A stretch of DNA of 46,946 nt from a candidate division WOR-3 bacterium. Its GTDB lineage: Bacteria; Hydrothermota; Hydrothermia; Hydrothermales; Hydrothermaceae. Positions 29,150 through 40,034 of this stretch are shown piece after piece. The DNA lies in contig JBDRZD010000003.1 in the NCBI GenBank assembly GCA_039803745.1, positions 1 through 46,946 on the forward strand, written 5' to 3'. How positions within the stretch are numbered: the stretch's first letter is position 1; the number at the start of each line of letters is the position of its first letter. The translations under genes were made by a program, and so were the position numbers. Under the pieces are notes generated by a model. That model saw only the letters and a program-made list of their open reading frames with translations, did no database searches and was not told where the DNA came from.

Positions 29150-29829
29150 AAATCTCTAAACTTTTCAACATTTTCTTTTTTACCAATTACTACAAGCAAA
29201 TCACCTTTTAAAATTTCTTCTTCCCCTCCGGGTGTTATTATAATTTCTTCTTTTAAAGAAGTTTTTCCATCCTCTTTTACAATTGGCAATTTTCTTTTTA
29301 TTGCCATTATATAAATACCAAAATCTGTTTTGAGTCTTAAATCCTTAATTTTTTTATTTTCTGTAAATTTGGGAGCAATTCTTTCAAGAATTTCATACTC
29401 ATCAGAAATATTTATAATATCAAATATATGAGGAGATATAATACTTTGAGCAATACGATGAGCCATTTCTTGCTCGGGAAAAATTACCCTATCCACTCCA
29501 ATTTTCTGCAAAATTTTTTTATGAAGTTCACTACCAACCTTTGCCATCACCCTTTTAACACCCTTCTCCTTTAATATCATACATGCTAAAATGCTTGCCT
29601 CTATATCATTTGTAATACAAACAATTGCTGTATCAGCATCCCCAATCCCAGTAGAAGAAATTGCCTTTTCATTCGTAGCATCCATAACATAAGTTTTTGT
29701 AACAAATTCCTCTATTTCGTTCACTTTTTCACCATCCTTATCTATTGCAATTACTTCAGCTCCTTTTTCACCCAAACTTTTCGCTAACGCACTTCCAAAT
29801 CTTCCCAGTCCTATAATAAAAAATGCCAT
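29146..29829 (-). CDS. ktrA: TrkA/KtrA K+ transport regulatory (RCK) subunit
   Basis: IIGLGRFG, VIAID, VIFPE, C-terminal GDLLVVIG. Confidence 0.9.
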   Translation of the reverse strand: MAFFIIGLGRFGSALAKSLGEKGAEVIAIDKDGEKVNEIEEFVTKTYVMDATNEKAISSTGIGDADTAIVCITNDIEASILACMILKEKGVKRVMAKVGSELHKKILQKIGVDRVIFPEQEMAHRIAQSIISPHIFDIINISDEYEILERIAPKFTENKKIKDLRLKTDFGIYIMAIKRKLPIVKEDGKTSLKEEIIITPGGEEEILKGDLLVVIGKKENVEKFRDL

Positions 29830-29842
29830 TTTAAATATTTAA

Positions 29843-29871
29843 ATTATAATATACTTTAAAAAATAAGTCAA
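29843..29871 (-). promoter_or_regulatory. Sigma70-type promoter for the ktrA-signalling operon
   Basis: TTGACT (29871-29866, overlapping the queA stop), 17 nt, TATAAT (29848-29843). Confidence 0.75.
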
Positions 29872-30878
29872 TCTTTTTTAATTATAAGCATAGCATCACC
29901 ATAACTTAAAAACCTGTAATTCTCTCTTTTTGCAATTTCATATAAGTTTAATACTTTTTCTCTCCCTGCAAATGCACAAATTAAGATCAAATTTGTTGAT
30001 TTTGGAAAATGAAAATTTGTGATAATACAATCTGTAAAAATAAATTTAAAACCTGGGTAAATAAACAAATTCGTAAAACCTTTTTTAATTTTTGTGAGTC
30101 CATAACTTTCTAATGCTCTTACAGAAGTTGTACCACATACAAAAATTCTCCCATTTTCTTTTCTTATTTTCTCAATCTCAAAAATTGTTTTCTCTGGTAT
30201 CTCATAATACTCTTCTTCCATTTTCCATCTTCTTATATCCTTTTCTTTTACCAACGCAAAAGTCCCTTTCCCGATTTTTAAATTTATATATGCTATCCTT
30301 ACTCCTTCTTCTTTTATTTCTTCTAAAAGATTTTTTGTAAAATGTAAGGATGCAGTGGGAGCTGCTATTGAACCTTCTTTTTTGGCAAATACACTTTGGT
30401 AATAAATTTTATCAATCTCTTCTGGTTTCCTTTTTATATAAGGTGGTAAAGGCATGAAACCTTCTTCTTTTATTAAGCTCCTACATTCACCATTTTCAAT
30501 TTCACAAAGATAGAAATCTTTTTCTTTATAACACTTTAAAATATAATCTCCTGCATAAATTTTTTTATCTTTAACATTTTTCCCCTTAATAAGTGCCTTA
30601 AATTTATTCTTATCTATTTTCTCAAGAAACAATATTTCTACTTTACCCCCACTTTCTTTTTTAGCAAAAATTTTTGCAGGTATAACTTTTGTATTATTAA
30701 GTATAAGAAGGTCGCCCCTTTTAAAATATTTCTTAATAAACTTAAATTTAGTATGTTCTATTTTATCCCTCACACTATTATATACAAGTAATTTTGCTTC
30801 GTCTCTTTTTAAAAGAGGATAATGAGCAATAAAGTCTGGGGTTAGAGGATAATCGTAAGAATCTATTGAAAAATCTAT
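29868..30878 (-). CDS. queA: S-adenosylmethionine:tRNA ribosyltransferase-isomerase; start uncertain (ATA 30878, or ATG 30950/30956)
   Basis: [55 protein letters not shown]. Confidence 0.92.
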   Translation of the reverse strand: MDFSIDSYDYPLTPDFIAHYPLLKRDEAKLLVYNSVRDKIEHTKFKFIKKYFKRGDLLILNNTKVIPAKIFAKKESGGKVEILFLEKIDKNKFKALIKGKNVKDKKIYAGDYILKCYKEKDFYLCEIENGECRSLIKEEGFMPLPPYIKRKPEEIDKIYYQSVFAKKEGSIAAPTASLHFTKNLLEEIKEEGVRIAYINLKIGKGTFALVKEKDIRRWKMEEEYYEIPEKTIFEIEKIRKENGRIFVCGTTSVRALESYGLTKIKKGFTNLFIYPGFKFIFTDCIITNFHFPKSTNLILICAFAGREKVLNLYEIAKRENYRFLSYGDAMLIIKKD

Positions 30879-31696
30879 TTTCTCCTCTTTATTATAAACC
30901 TGTCCGAGGACTTCCTCTTTTTCCTGGTTTTTTTGCCCCTTGTATACCATCCCCATGGACTTTTTGGTATTTTACCTTTTGTTCTTCCCTCTCCTCCTCC
31001 ATGTGGATGATCACATGGATTCATAGCAGTACCCCTTACATGAGGCTTTATTCCCATCCATCTCTTTCTACCTGCTTTTCCTATAACCACAAGTTCATTA
31101 TCAGGATTGCTCACCCTTCCAATTGTTGCCTTACATTTTAAATTTATAAGTCTTATTTCACCAGAAGGAAGTTGAACATGAGCATAATTCCCTTCTTTTG
31201 ATAATATTATTGCAGCATTTCCAGCGGACCTTACAAGTTGTGCTCCTTTACCTGGAACAAGTTCTATATTATGAATCTCTATTCCTTCTGGTATTTCAGC
31301 GAGGGGTAATGCATTACCTATTTTAAGTGGAACACCTGATCCAGAAATTACTTCGTCACCGGGTTTAATTCCGTCAGGAGCAATAATATATCTTTTCTCA
31401 CCATCTTTATACTGGAGAAGAGCAATCCAGGCAGTTCTGTTTGGGTCATATTCTATACTTAAAACTTTTGCAGGGATCCCATCTTTGTCCCTTTTAAAAT
31501 CTATTATCCTGTATAACCTTTTATGCCCTCCGCCTCTAAACCTTGCAGTAATTCTTCCCTGATTATTTCTCCCACCTGTTTTCTTTAAGGGCACTAAAAG
31601 AGATCTTTCAGGTTCTTTTTTTGTGATTTCTGAAAAATCAAGGACTGTCATAAATCTTCTTGAGGGTGTAAAAGGTTTAAATTTTTTTACTCCCAT
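30875..31696 (-). CDS. rplB: 50S ribosomal protein L2
   Basis: [33 protein letters not shown]. Confidence 0.98.
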   Translation of the reverse strand: MGVKKFKPFTPSRRFMTVLDFSEITKKEPERSLLVPLKKTGGRNNQGRITARFRGGGHKRLYRIIDFKRDKDGIPAKVLSIEYDPNRTAWIALLQYKDGEKRYIIAPDGIKPGDEVISGSGVPLKIGNALPLAEIPEGIEIHNIELVPGKGAQLVRSAGNAAIILSKEGNYAHVQLPSGEIRLINLKCKATIGRVSNPDNELVVIGKAGRKRWMGIKPHVRGTAMNPCDHPHGGGEGRTKGKIPKSPWGWYTRGKKTRKKRKSSDRFIIKRRK

Positions 31697-31698
31697 TT

Positions 31699-31992
31699 TT
31701 ATGCTCCTTCAAAAATTCTTATTCTGTCACCTTCTTTTAATTTTACATACGCCTTTTTCCAGGAAGAGGTATATCCGTATCTTCTTGTCCTTATTCTCCT
31801 TCTTTTTGGCTTTACATTCACTACTTTTACTTCTAAAACTTTAACTTTGAAAAGTTCTTCAATTGCCTTTTTTATTTGTGGCTTTGTTGCATCTTTTGCT
31901 ACCTTAAAAATATACTGATTAAATTTATCCCTTAAATGGACACTTTTTTCTGTTAAAATTGGTTCAATAATAATGTCTTGGGAACTTTTCAT
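31699..31992 (-). CDS. rplW: 50S ribosomal protein L23
   Basis: [15 protein letters not shown]; S10 operon position. Confidence 0.96.
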   Translation of the reverse strand: MKSSQDIIIEPILTEKSVHLRDKFNQYIFKVAKDATKPQIKKAIEELFKVKVLEVKVVNVKPKRRRIRTRRYGYTSSWKKAYVKLKEGDRIRIFEGA

Positions 31993-32627
31993 TTTTTACT
32001 CCCCTGAAATTCAATATATTGATTTAGTCCATCTTTTGTAAAAAGAACATATTCACAATTGAGGACTTCATAAGCATTCAAATCTTTACCTGGCATTATC
32101 CTTACTTTCTCAATATTCCTTAAAGGTAAAACAATTTCAGAACTCATTTTATCAGGTGCAATTAGTACTTTTTTTCCATAAATGCCTATTTTTTTAAGAA
32201 GCTCAATACCTTCCTTTGTTTTTCCATTTGAAAAAGAGAAATTTTCAATAACTATTATTCTATTTTCCTTTGCTCTATCAGAAAGAGCGTGTTTTGTTGC
32301 AAGTCTTTTTGCCTTCTTTGGCATCTGGTAATGGTAATCCCTTGGCTTTGGACCAAATACGACTCCACCTTTGCGCCAAATAGGGGAGCGGATAGAACCA
32401 TGTCTTGCTCTACCTGTATGTTTCTGAGGCCAGGGTTTTCTTCCTCCTCCACTAACTTCGCCCCTTGTTTTTGTACATGCTGTTCCTTGCCTTTGATTGG
32501 CAAGATACATTCTTACATATTCCCATAATAGATGAACATTTGGAGTATAACCGAATATATCTTCTCTTAAATCTATTTCACCTATTTTTTCTCCTTTATA
32601 ATTATAAAGGGGCGCCTTTATTGCCAT
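31989..32627 (-). CDS. rplD: 50S ribosomal protein L4
   Basis: RGEVSGGGRKPWPQKHTGRARHGS. Confidence 0.97.
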   Translation of the reverse strand: MAIKAPLYNYKGEKIGEIDLREDIFGYTPNVHLLWEYVRMYLANQRQGTACTKTRGEVSGGGRKPWPQKHTGRARHGSIRSPIWRKGGVVFGPKPRDYHYQMPKKAKRLATKHALSDRAKENRIIVIENFSFSNGKTKEGIELLKKIGIYGKKVLIAPDKMSSEIVLPLRNIEKVRIMPGKDLNAYEVLNCEYVLFTKDGLNQYIEFQGSKK

Positions 32628-32628
32628 T

Positions 32629-33276
32629 TTATAATCTCCTTCTTTTTGCCTTCCTTATGATTACATAGCTTCCACGAGGACCCGGGACAGCTCCCTTTAA
32701 AAGTATAACTTCTTTTTCCTGATCTATTTTGACAACCTCAAGGTTATGGATGGTAACCCTTTCATTTCCATAATGACCAGCCATTTTCTTACCTTTCCAA
32801 ACTCTTCCTGGATCAGTTGTTTGACCTATTGAACCCGGTCTTCTATGAAACATTGAACCATGTGAATCCGGACCACCTTTAAAATCCCATCTTTTCACAA
32901 CACCTGCAAACCCTCTTCCTTTTGTTTTTCCAATAACATCAACTTTTTCTTTGATTTGAAAAATTTCATTAACTTTTACTTTTTCACCAGGAACCAGCTT
33001 ATCTATTTCGTCAGTTCTTATTTCCTTTATGATTCTCGCTGGGTAGAATTCCCTTTCACCAAAAACTTTCTTGAAAACACCTAATGTAGGTTTATTTATT
33101 TTTCTCTGTTTAACATTTCCAAAACAGAGTCTTACAGCATTATATCCATCCTTTTCTTTATTTTTTATATCAAGGACATAACACTCAGAAAAATCTAAAA
33201 CAGTAACAGGAATAACATTCCCATCCTCATCAAAAAGACGTGTCATTCCAATTTTTTTAGCAATTATCCCGCACAT
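32629..33276 (-). CDS. rplC: 50S ribosomal protein L3
   Basis: KIGMT, KGRGFAG, HRRPGSIG, KGAVPG. Confidence 0.97.
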   Translation of the reverse strand: MCGIIAKKIGMTRLFDEDGNVIPVTVLDFSECYVLDIKNKEKDGYNAVRLCFGNVKQRKINKPTLGVFKKVFGEREFYPARIIKEIRTDEIDKLVPGEKVKVNEIFQIKEKVDVIGKTKGRGFAGVVKRWDFKGGPDSHGSMFHRRPGSIGQTTDPGRVWKGKKMAGHYGNERVTIHNLEVVKIDQEKEVILLKGAVPGPRGSYVIIRKAKRRRL

Positions 33277-33277
33277 T

Positions 33278-33586
33278 TTAAACCACCTTTATAACAATAT
33301 CTATCCCTGCAGGTATTTCAACCCTTGAAAGTTTGTCAATTGTATCAGGTGTGGGATTCCTTATTTCTATAAGTCTTTTATGCACTTTTAATTCAAATTG
33401 TTCCCTTGACCTTTTATCAATGTGAGGAGAGCGAATAACTGTTATAAGGGTTCTTTTTGTAGGAAGAGGTATTGGTCCCGAAACTTCTGCACCTGTTACT
33501 CTTGCAGTCATTGCAATCCTTTTAGCAGACTTATCCAAAAGCCTTGGATCAAAAGATTGTAATTTTATTCTTATTTTCTGTTCCAT
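33278..33586 (-). CDS. rpsJ: 30S ribosomal protein S10
   Basis: [21 protein letters not shown]. Confidence 0.97.
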   Translation of the reverse strand: MEQKIRIKLQSFDPRLLDKSAKRIAMTARVTGAEVSGPIPLPTKRTLITVIRSPHIDKRSREQFELKVHKRLIEIRNPTPDTIDKLSRVEIPAGIDIVIKVV

Positions 33587-33592
33587 TTATTT

Positions 33593-34807
33593 TTATTCTA
33601 TTATTTCTGTAACAATTCCTGCACCAACTGTTCTACCACCTTCTCTTATAGCAAATCTTAATTCTTTTTCAAGGGCTACCGGATACATAAGCTCAACTTC
33701 AAGATTCACATGATCACCCGGCATGACCATCTCTCTTCCCTCTGGAAGCTTAATTGTACCTGTTACATCAGTTGTCCTGAAATAAAACTGTGGTCTGTAT
33801 CCTGTAAAGAACGGGGTATGTCTTCCGCCTTCTTCTTTTGTTAATACATAAACTTCTGCTTTAAACCTTGTATGAGGTGTAATAGAACCAGGAGCTGCAA
33901 CCACCATACCTCTTTCTACTTCATCTTTACCTATTCCTCTCAAAAGTAATCCCACATTATCGCCTGCAATCCCTTCATCAAGTGTCTTTCTAAACATTTC
34001 AATACTTGTTACGACTGTTTTCTTTGTAGGACCAAATCCTACTATTTCCACTTCCTGCCCCGGTGTAATTCTTCCTCTTTCAACCCTTCCTGTAACAACA
34101 GTGCCTCTTCCTGTGATTGAGAAAATATCCTCTATTGCAAGAAGAAATGGTTTCTCAATTTCCCTTTTTGGCTCAGGTATGAAACTATCCATTGCGTCAA
34201 GGAGTTGCCATATAGGACCACAGTTAGGACACTCCCTTTTTCCGCAACCGCATTGAAGGCACTTTAATGCACTTCCTTTTATCACAGGTGTTTCATCACC
34301 AGGAAATTCATACTTGTTCAAAAGGTCCCTGACTTCCATTTCTACAAGGTCAACAAGCTCAGGGTCATCAACTGCGTCAGTTTTATTTATAAAAACAATT
34401 ATATAAGGAACATTTACCTGCCTTGCAAGAAGAGTGTGTTCCCTTGTTTGAGGCATTACACTATCAGTAGCAGCAACAACCAGAATTGAACCATCCATTT
34501 GGGCAGCGCCAGTAATCATATTTTTTACATAATCATGATGTCCAGGACAGTCTATATGAGCATAATGTCTTTTTTCTGTTTCGTATTCAATATGGGCAAG
34601 GTTTACAGTGAGAATTTTTGTTTCATCTCTTCTAAACAGTTTAACATCAGCCTTTGCCACTTCTTCATAAGACTTTTCCTGTGCAAGTCCTTTTGTTGCG
34701 AGAACTTTTGTTATCGCAGCAGTGAGGGTTGTCTTACCATGGTCAATATGTCCTATTGTACCCACATTTACATGGGGTTTTGTCCTTTCAAATTTCTGCT
34801 TTGCCAT
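33593..34807 (-). CDS. tuf: Elongation factor Tu (atypical switch I)
   Basis: [30 protein letters not shown]. Confidence 0.97.
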   Translation of the reverse strand: MAKQKFERTKPHVNVGTIGHIDHGKTTLTAAITKVLATKGLAQEKSYEEVAKADVKLFRRDETKILTVNLAHIEYETEKRHYAHIDCPGHHDYVKNMITGAAQMDGSILVVAATDSVMPQTREHTLLARQVNVPYIIVFINKTDAVDDPELVDLVEMEVRDLLNKYEFPGDETPVIKGSALKCLQCGCGKRECPNCGPIWQLLDAMDSFIPEPKREIEKPFLLAIEDIFSITGRGTVVTGRVERGRITPGQEVEIVGFGPTKKTVVTSIEMFRKTLDEGIAGDNVGLLLRGIGKDEVERGMVVAAPGSITPHTRFKAEVYVLTKEEGGRHTPFFTGYRPQFYFRTTDVTGTIKLPEGREMVMPGDHVNLEVELMYPVALEKELRFAIREGGRTVGAGIVTEIIE

Positions 34808-34819
34808 TTTTACACCTCC

Positions 34820-36856
34820 TTAAAAAATCATTATTTTCTTTTTCACCTCTTCAGGGACAGGGGCAAAATGAGATATCTCCATCCAGAAATTACCCCTTCC
34901 CTGAGTTAATGACCTCAAAATTGTAGCATATCCAAAAATTTCCCTTAAAGGAATTTCTGCTGAGACTCTTTGCAAAACATCTGAAATCCTCACAATTTTT
35001 CTCAAAGAAGCATTTCTCGCACCTAAATCACTAACAACATTACCAAGGAATTCGGTGGGCACACTTATCTCCACTCTTACGATGGGTTCAAGTAATATGG
35101 GATTCGCTTTAGAAAGAGCATCTCTCAAAGCCTCTTGGGTTGCATTTCCAAGCCCCAAAGGAGTGACATTCGTGCCTTGTGAAATCTTTTTAAATTCAAT
35201 CCTCACATCTGTTACAGGATATCCTGCAACAGGTCCAAAAAGCAAAACTGTGTTTACAGCATCTTTAATAATCTCTTTAAATTCAGGCTCTATTTTATCA
35301 GGTATATTGATATAATTACCCTTTTTTGGATTCGGGAAAACAGAAAGTAAAACTTCTCCAAAGTGATGCACTTCATGAATTTTCCTTAAAAATTTACAAT
35401 AACCTTCACTGGGTAATGAAATTGTTTCTCTATAAGCCACCTGAGGCTTACCTGATTTAAATTCCACATTGAATTCCCTTTTTATTCTCTCAAGAATAAC
35501 TTCCAGTTGTAACTCCCCTATTCCACTCAATATAAATTGACCTGATTCTTCGTCTTTTTTTACCCTGAAAGTTGGATCTTCTTCAAAAACAAAATTAAGA
35601 GACTCCTCAAGTTTCGGTAAATCGCTAATCTTTTTTGGTTCAACAGCAATTGATACAAGTGGCTCCGGGAAAAGCATTTCTTCATAAATTACTGGACTAT
35701 CTACAGAACATAAAGTATCACCTGTCTTTACTTCTTTTGCACCTACTATCCCCACAATCTCACCCGCACTTGCTTCTTCTAAAGCATTCCTCTTATTTGC
35801 ATGGAGAAGATAGATTCTCTGAATCCTGAATATTTCATTTGTTCTTGGATTCATTACTTTATCGCCCTGTCTTATCTTTCCAGAATAAATTCTAACATAT
35901 AAAAGTTTATAAAGTTTTCTATCCATCTGAATTTTAAAAACCACTCCGCTAAAAGGTTCTTCATCAAGAGGTTTTCTTTCTACTACTTCTTGTGTAATTG
36001 GGTTTTTACCAATTAAATTACCTCTGTCTAATGGCGAGGGAAGATAATAACATATTGCATCTATAAGTGGCTGTATTCCTTTATTTTTTAAAGCAGCACC
36101 AATAAACACAGGAACTATCTTGTTCTCAATTACTCCTTTCCTTATAGCCTTTCTTATATCCTCAATTTTTAATTCTTTGTTTTCAAGGTATGATTCTGCA
36201 ATTCTTTCATCAATTTCGCCTAATGATAAAAAAATCTCTTCTCTCCATTTTTCTATCTCCTCACCCTTCACATTCTCTTCTCTATATTTTTCACCAAGCT
36301 CATCTATGTCCCATATAAATTTTTTAGAAGTAATAAGATCAATAACTCCTTTAAATTCTGTTTCCATTCCTATCGGCAGCTGCATTAAAAGGGCATTTAC
36401 AGCAAATTTTTCCCTTATTTCCCTTAATACTCTAAAACAATCAGCACCTACTCTATCCATCTTATTTATAAAAACTATTTTGGGAACATTAAACTTTTCA
36501 CTTTGCCTCCATATAGTTTCGGATTGTGGTTCAACTCCTCCCACCCCACAGAAAAGAACAACAAGACCATCAAGAACCCTTAAAGACCTTTCAACTTCCG
36601 CAGTAAAATCCACATGACCTGGTGTATCTATTATATTTATCCTATAATCCTTCCAATAACATGTAGTGGCTGCTGACCATATAGTTATTCCTCTTTTTTT
36701 CTCTTCTTCTAAATAATCCATTGTAGCAGTCCCTTCGTCAACTTCACCAATTCTGTGAATCTTACCTGTGTAATAAAGTATTCTCTCTGTTGTAGTTGTC
36801 TTTCCCGCATCTATATGAGCAGCAAATCCTATATTTCTTATCCTGCTTTTATCCAT
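34820..36856 (-). CDS. fusA: Elongation factor G family protein (divergent domain IV)
   Basis: [26 protein letters not shown]; between rpsG and tuf; ATG 36856 follows the rpsG stop. Confidence 0.92.
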   Translation of the reverse strand: MDKSRIRNIGFAAHIDAGKTTTTERILYYTGKIHRIGEVDEGTATMDYLEEEKKRGITIWSAATTCYWKDYRINIIDTPGHVDFTAEVERSLRVLDGLVVLFCGVGGVEPQSETIWRQSEKFNVPKIVFINKMDRVGADCFRVLREIREKFAVNALLMQLPIGMETEFKGVIDLITSKKFIWDIDELGEKYREENVKGEEIEKWREEIFLSLGEIDERIAESYLENKELKIEDIRKAIRKGVIENKIVPVFIGAALKNKGIQPLIDAICYYLPSPLDRGNLIGKNPITQEVVERKPLDEEPFSGVVFKIQMDRKLYKLLYVRIYSGKIRQGDKVMNPRTNEIFRIQRIYLLHANKRNALEEASAGEIVGIVGAKEVKTGDTLCSVDSPVIYEEMLFPEPLVSIAVEPKKISDLPKLEESLNFVFEEDPTFRVKKDEESGQFILSGIGELQLEVILERIKREFNVEFKSGKPQVAYRETISLPSEGYCKFLRKIHEVHHFGEVLLSVFPNPKKGNYINIPDKIEPEFKEIIKDAVNTVLLFGPVAGYPVTDVRIEFKKISQGTNVTPLGLGNATQEALRDALSKANPILLEPIVRVEISVPTEFLGNVVSDLGARNASLRKIVRISDVLQRVSAEIPLREIFGYATILRSLTQGRGNFWMEISHFAPVPEEVKKKIMIF

Positions 36857-36858
36857 GA

Positions 36859-37712
<854 letters not shown>

Positions 37713-37769
37713 AATTCACCCCATTTGTATTTTTAAATTTCGCAATTTTAAAGTTTTTTTAAGTTTTTA

Positions 37770-37837
37770 ATTTTAATAGATTTTAAACAAATTTGTCAAC
37801 TTGACATAAAAATATCTTTTCCTTTAATATTTATAAT
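37770..37837. promoter_or_regulatory. Back-to-back divergent promoters (str operon / tRNA-fMet-trxA)
   Basis: TGTCAA-C-TTGACA at 37794-37806; minus strand TTGACA-18-TAAAAT, plus strand TTGACA-18-TAATAT. Confidence 0.65.
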
Positions 37838-37847
37838 CTTTATTTAC

Positions 37848-37921
37848 CGCGGGGTGGAGCAGCCTGGTAGCTCGTGGGGCTCATAACCCCAAGGTCGCGG
37901 GTTCAAATCCCGCCCCCGCTA
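37848..37921 (+). tRNA. Initiator tRNA-fMet(CAT)
   Basis: CGCGGGG 5' end with unpaired C1:U72, consecutive G-C pairs in the anticodon stem TGGGG/CCCCA; no CCA. Confidence 0.94.
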
Positions 37922-37935
37922 TTTTATTTTATCTT

Positions 37936-38262
37936 ATGGCAATAGAAATTCTTAATGATAAAGATTTTGAAGAAAAAGTAATAAAATCTTCGGATCCGGT
38001 AATAATTGATTTATGGGCAGAATGGTGTCATCCATGCAAGATGATCGAACCCCATTTAAAAGCATTATCAGAGAAGTATAATGAGAAAATTAAATTTTAT
38101 AAATTAAATGTTGATGAAAATCCAAAAACACCCTCTCTTTTATCAGTAATGAGTATTCCAACATTGATTTTCTTTAAGGATGGCAAAGAAGTTGGAAGGA
38201 TAATAGGTGCTGTTCCAAAGCATCATATTGAAGAAAAGATAAAGGAAATATTTGGAATTTGA
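37936..38262 (+). CDS. trxA: Thioredoxin
   Basis: DLWAEWCHPC, SIPTL, FKDG. Confidence 0.93.
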   Translation: MAIEILNDKDFEEKVIKSSDPVIIDLWAEWCHPCKMIEPHLKALSEKYNEKIKFYKLNVDENPKTPSLLSVMSIPTLIFFKDGKEVGRIIGAVPKHHIEEKIKEIFGI

Positions 38263-38304
38263 TATTTAAAAATTATCTTTTTATTTTAGAAAAAATCTTG
38301 AAAA

Positions 38305-38598
38305 TTGAATATTGAAAAAGAATTAGAAATACTCTCAAATTTATTAAAAATAGAGCTAAAGGATAAGAGAAAGTATATAGAGCATATTCAAAAAATGCTT
38401 GATTTCTTTAAAACACTTGATGAAATTGATTTAAAAAATTATAAACCTTTCATTCATTCAGGATTTCATAAATTATATTTAAGAAAAGACGAACCCTTAG
38501 ATTTTGAAAATAAAGAAAGAATAATAGAAAATTTTCCTGAAAAAATAGAAAGATTCCTGAGAGCATTCTCTCCAATAAAAGAATTTAAAAAGAAATGA
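38305..38598 (+). CDS. gatC: Asp/Glu-tRNA amidotransferase subunit C
   Basis: Size, LRKDEP and NFP motifs, ATGA overlap with gatA; TTG start. Confidence 0.75.
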   Translation: MNIEKELEILSNLLKIELKDKRKYIEHIQKMLDFFKTLDEIDLKNYKPFIHSGFHKLYLRKDEPLDFENKERIIENFPEKIERFLRAFSPIKEFKKK

Positions 38599-40034
38599 AA
38601 GAAATAAATGTTCCAGCCCATATTTTAGCTCATAAATATAAAAAAGGAGAAATTTTACCGAGCGAGGTAATTGAAATAATTTTTAAAAGAATAAAAGAAA
38701 AAGATAAAGAAATAAATTCTTTTATAACAATTTTTGAAGAAGAGAGTTTTGAAAAAGCAAAAAAACTTGATGAAAAGATAAAAAATAAAGAAACCACTGG
38801 TTTATTATTCGGAATACCAATTGCTATAAAAGATAATATATGTGTAAAAGGTAAGCCTTTGACATGTGCTTCAAAAATACTTGAAGGTTATATAGCAACA
38901 TACAATGCAACTGCTGTTGAAAAAATTTTGAATGAAAATGCAATAATACTCGGAAAAACAAATATGGATGAATTTGCAATGGGTTCAAGCAATGAATATT
39001 CTTATTTTGGACCGGTTCAAAATCCGTTAAAAAAGGGATATGTTCCAGGTGGTTCTTCTGGTGGCTCTGCTGCAAGTGTTGCTGCTGGATTCTGTATTGC
39101 TGCACTTGGTTCTGATACAGGTGGCTCTGTGAGACAGCCAGCAAGTTTTACGGGTCTTGTTGGATTTAAACCTACATATGGAAGAGTATCAAGGTTTGGA
39201 CTCGTGGCTTTTGCCTCATCTTGTGATCAAATAGGACCGATCACAAAAGATGTGATGGATGCCTGGATTATTTTCAAAATAATAGCAGGTTATGATGAAA
39301 AGGATAAAACAACTTTAAATTATCCAATAGAAGAGATACCCGAAGAAGAAATAAAATTCAAAATAGGATATCCTGAAAATCTCTTAAAAGATGGAGTTGA
39401 TGAAGAAATAAGAAATAGAATTGATGAAACTGTAAGAGAATTTGCAAGGATTAAAAATTATAATTTGAAAGAAATTAATATGGAAACATTTAAGATAGCG
39501 ATTCCTGTATATCATATAATAACAGGTGCAGAAGCATCTTCAAATCTTGCAAGATTTGATGGGATAAGATATGGATTAAGGGAAAAGGGGGAGGATCTTG
39601 AAGATATTTACAAAAAAACAAGGGGTAAGGGATTTGGAGAAGAGGTTATAAGGAGAATATTAATGGGTGCTTTTGTTTTAAGGAGTGGTTATTATGAAGA
39701 ATATTATTTAAAAGCGCAAAAGGCAAGAACTTTAATACTTGAAGAATTTATAAAAAATTTTGGGGAGGTTGATTTTATAATAACTCCAACTTCTCCTTTC
39801 CCTCCTTTTAAAATAGGTGAAAAAATAGAAGATCCAATAAAACTTTATTTAGCAGATATCTTTACTGTTTCTGCTAACTTAGCAGGGATACCCGCAATTT
39901 CAATACCCTGTGGAAAGAATAAAGAAGGTCTTCCAATTGGAATACAAATTATGGCAAGACCACTTGATGAAGCAAGGTTATTTAAATTTTCTCTTGAGAT
40001 TGAAAAATTTATAAAAGAAAAATATGGAGATTAA
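38595..40034 (+). CDS. gatA: Asp/Glu-tRNA amidotransferase subunit A
   Basis: IKDNI, GKTNMDEFAMGSS, PGGSSGGSAA, GSDTGGSVRQPA. Confidence 0.96.
   Translation: MKEINVPAHILAHKYKKGEILPSEVIEIIFKRIKEKDKEINSFITIFEEESFEKAKKLDEKIKNKETTGLLFGIPIAIKDNICVKGKPLTCASKILEGYIATYNATAVEKILNENAIILGKTNMDEFAMGSSNEYSYFGPVQNPLKKGYVPGGSSGGSAASVAAGFCIAALGSDTGGSVRQPASFTGLVGFKPTYGRVSRFGLVAFASSCDQIGPITKDVMDAWIIFKIIAGYDEKDKTTLNYPIEEIPEEEIKFKIGYPENLLKDGVDEEIRNRIDETVREFARIKNYNLKEINMETFKIAIPVYHIITGAEASSNLARFDGIRYGLREKGEDLEDIYKKTRGKGFGEEVIRRILMGAFVLRSGYYEEYYLKAQKARTLILEEFIKNFGEVDFIITPTSPFPPFKIGEKIEDPIKLYLADIFTVSANLAGIPAISIPCGKNKEGLPIGIQIMARPLDEARLFKFSLEIEKFIKEKYGD

Noticed and set aside
29830-29843. Palindrome TTTAAATATTTAAA upstream of ktrA
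   Set aside because: All A/T and likely to arise by chance in this composition
36120-36617. 165-aa plus-strand ORF (and similar ones at 34499 and 44521)
   Set aside because: Ser/Phe/Ile-rich antisense mirrors of fusA, tuf and the Clp gene
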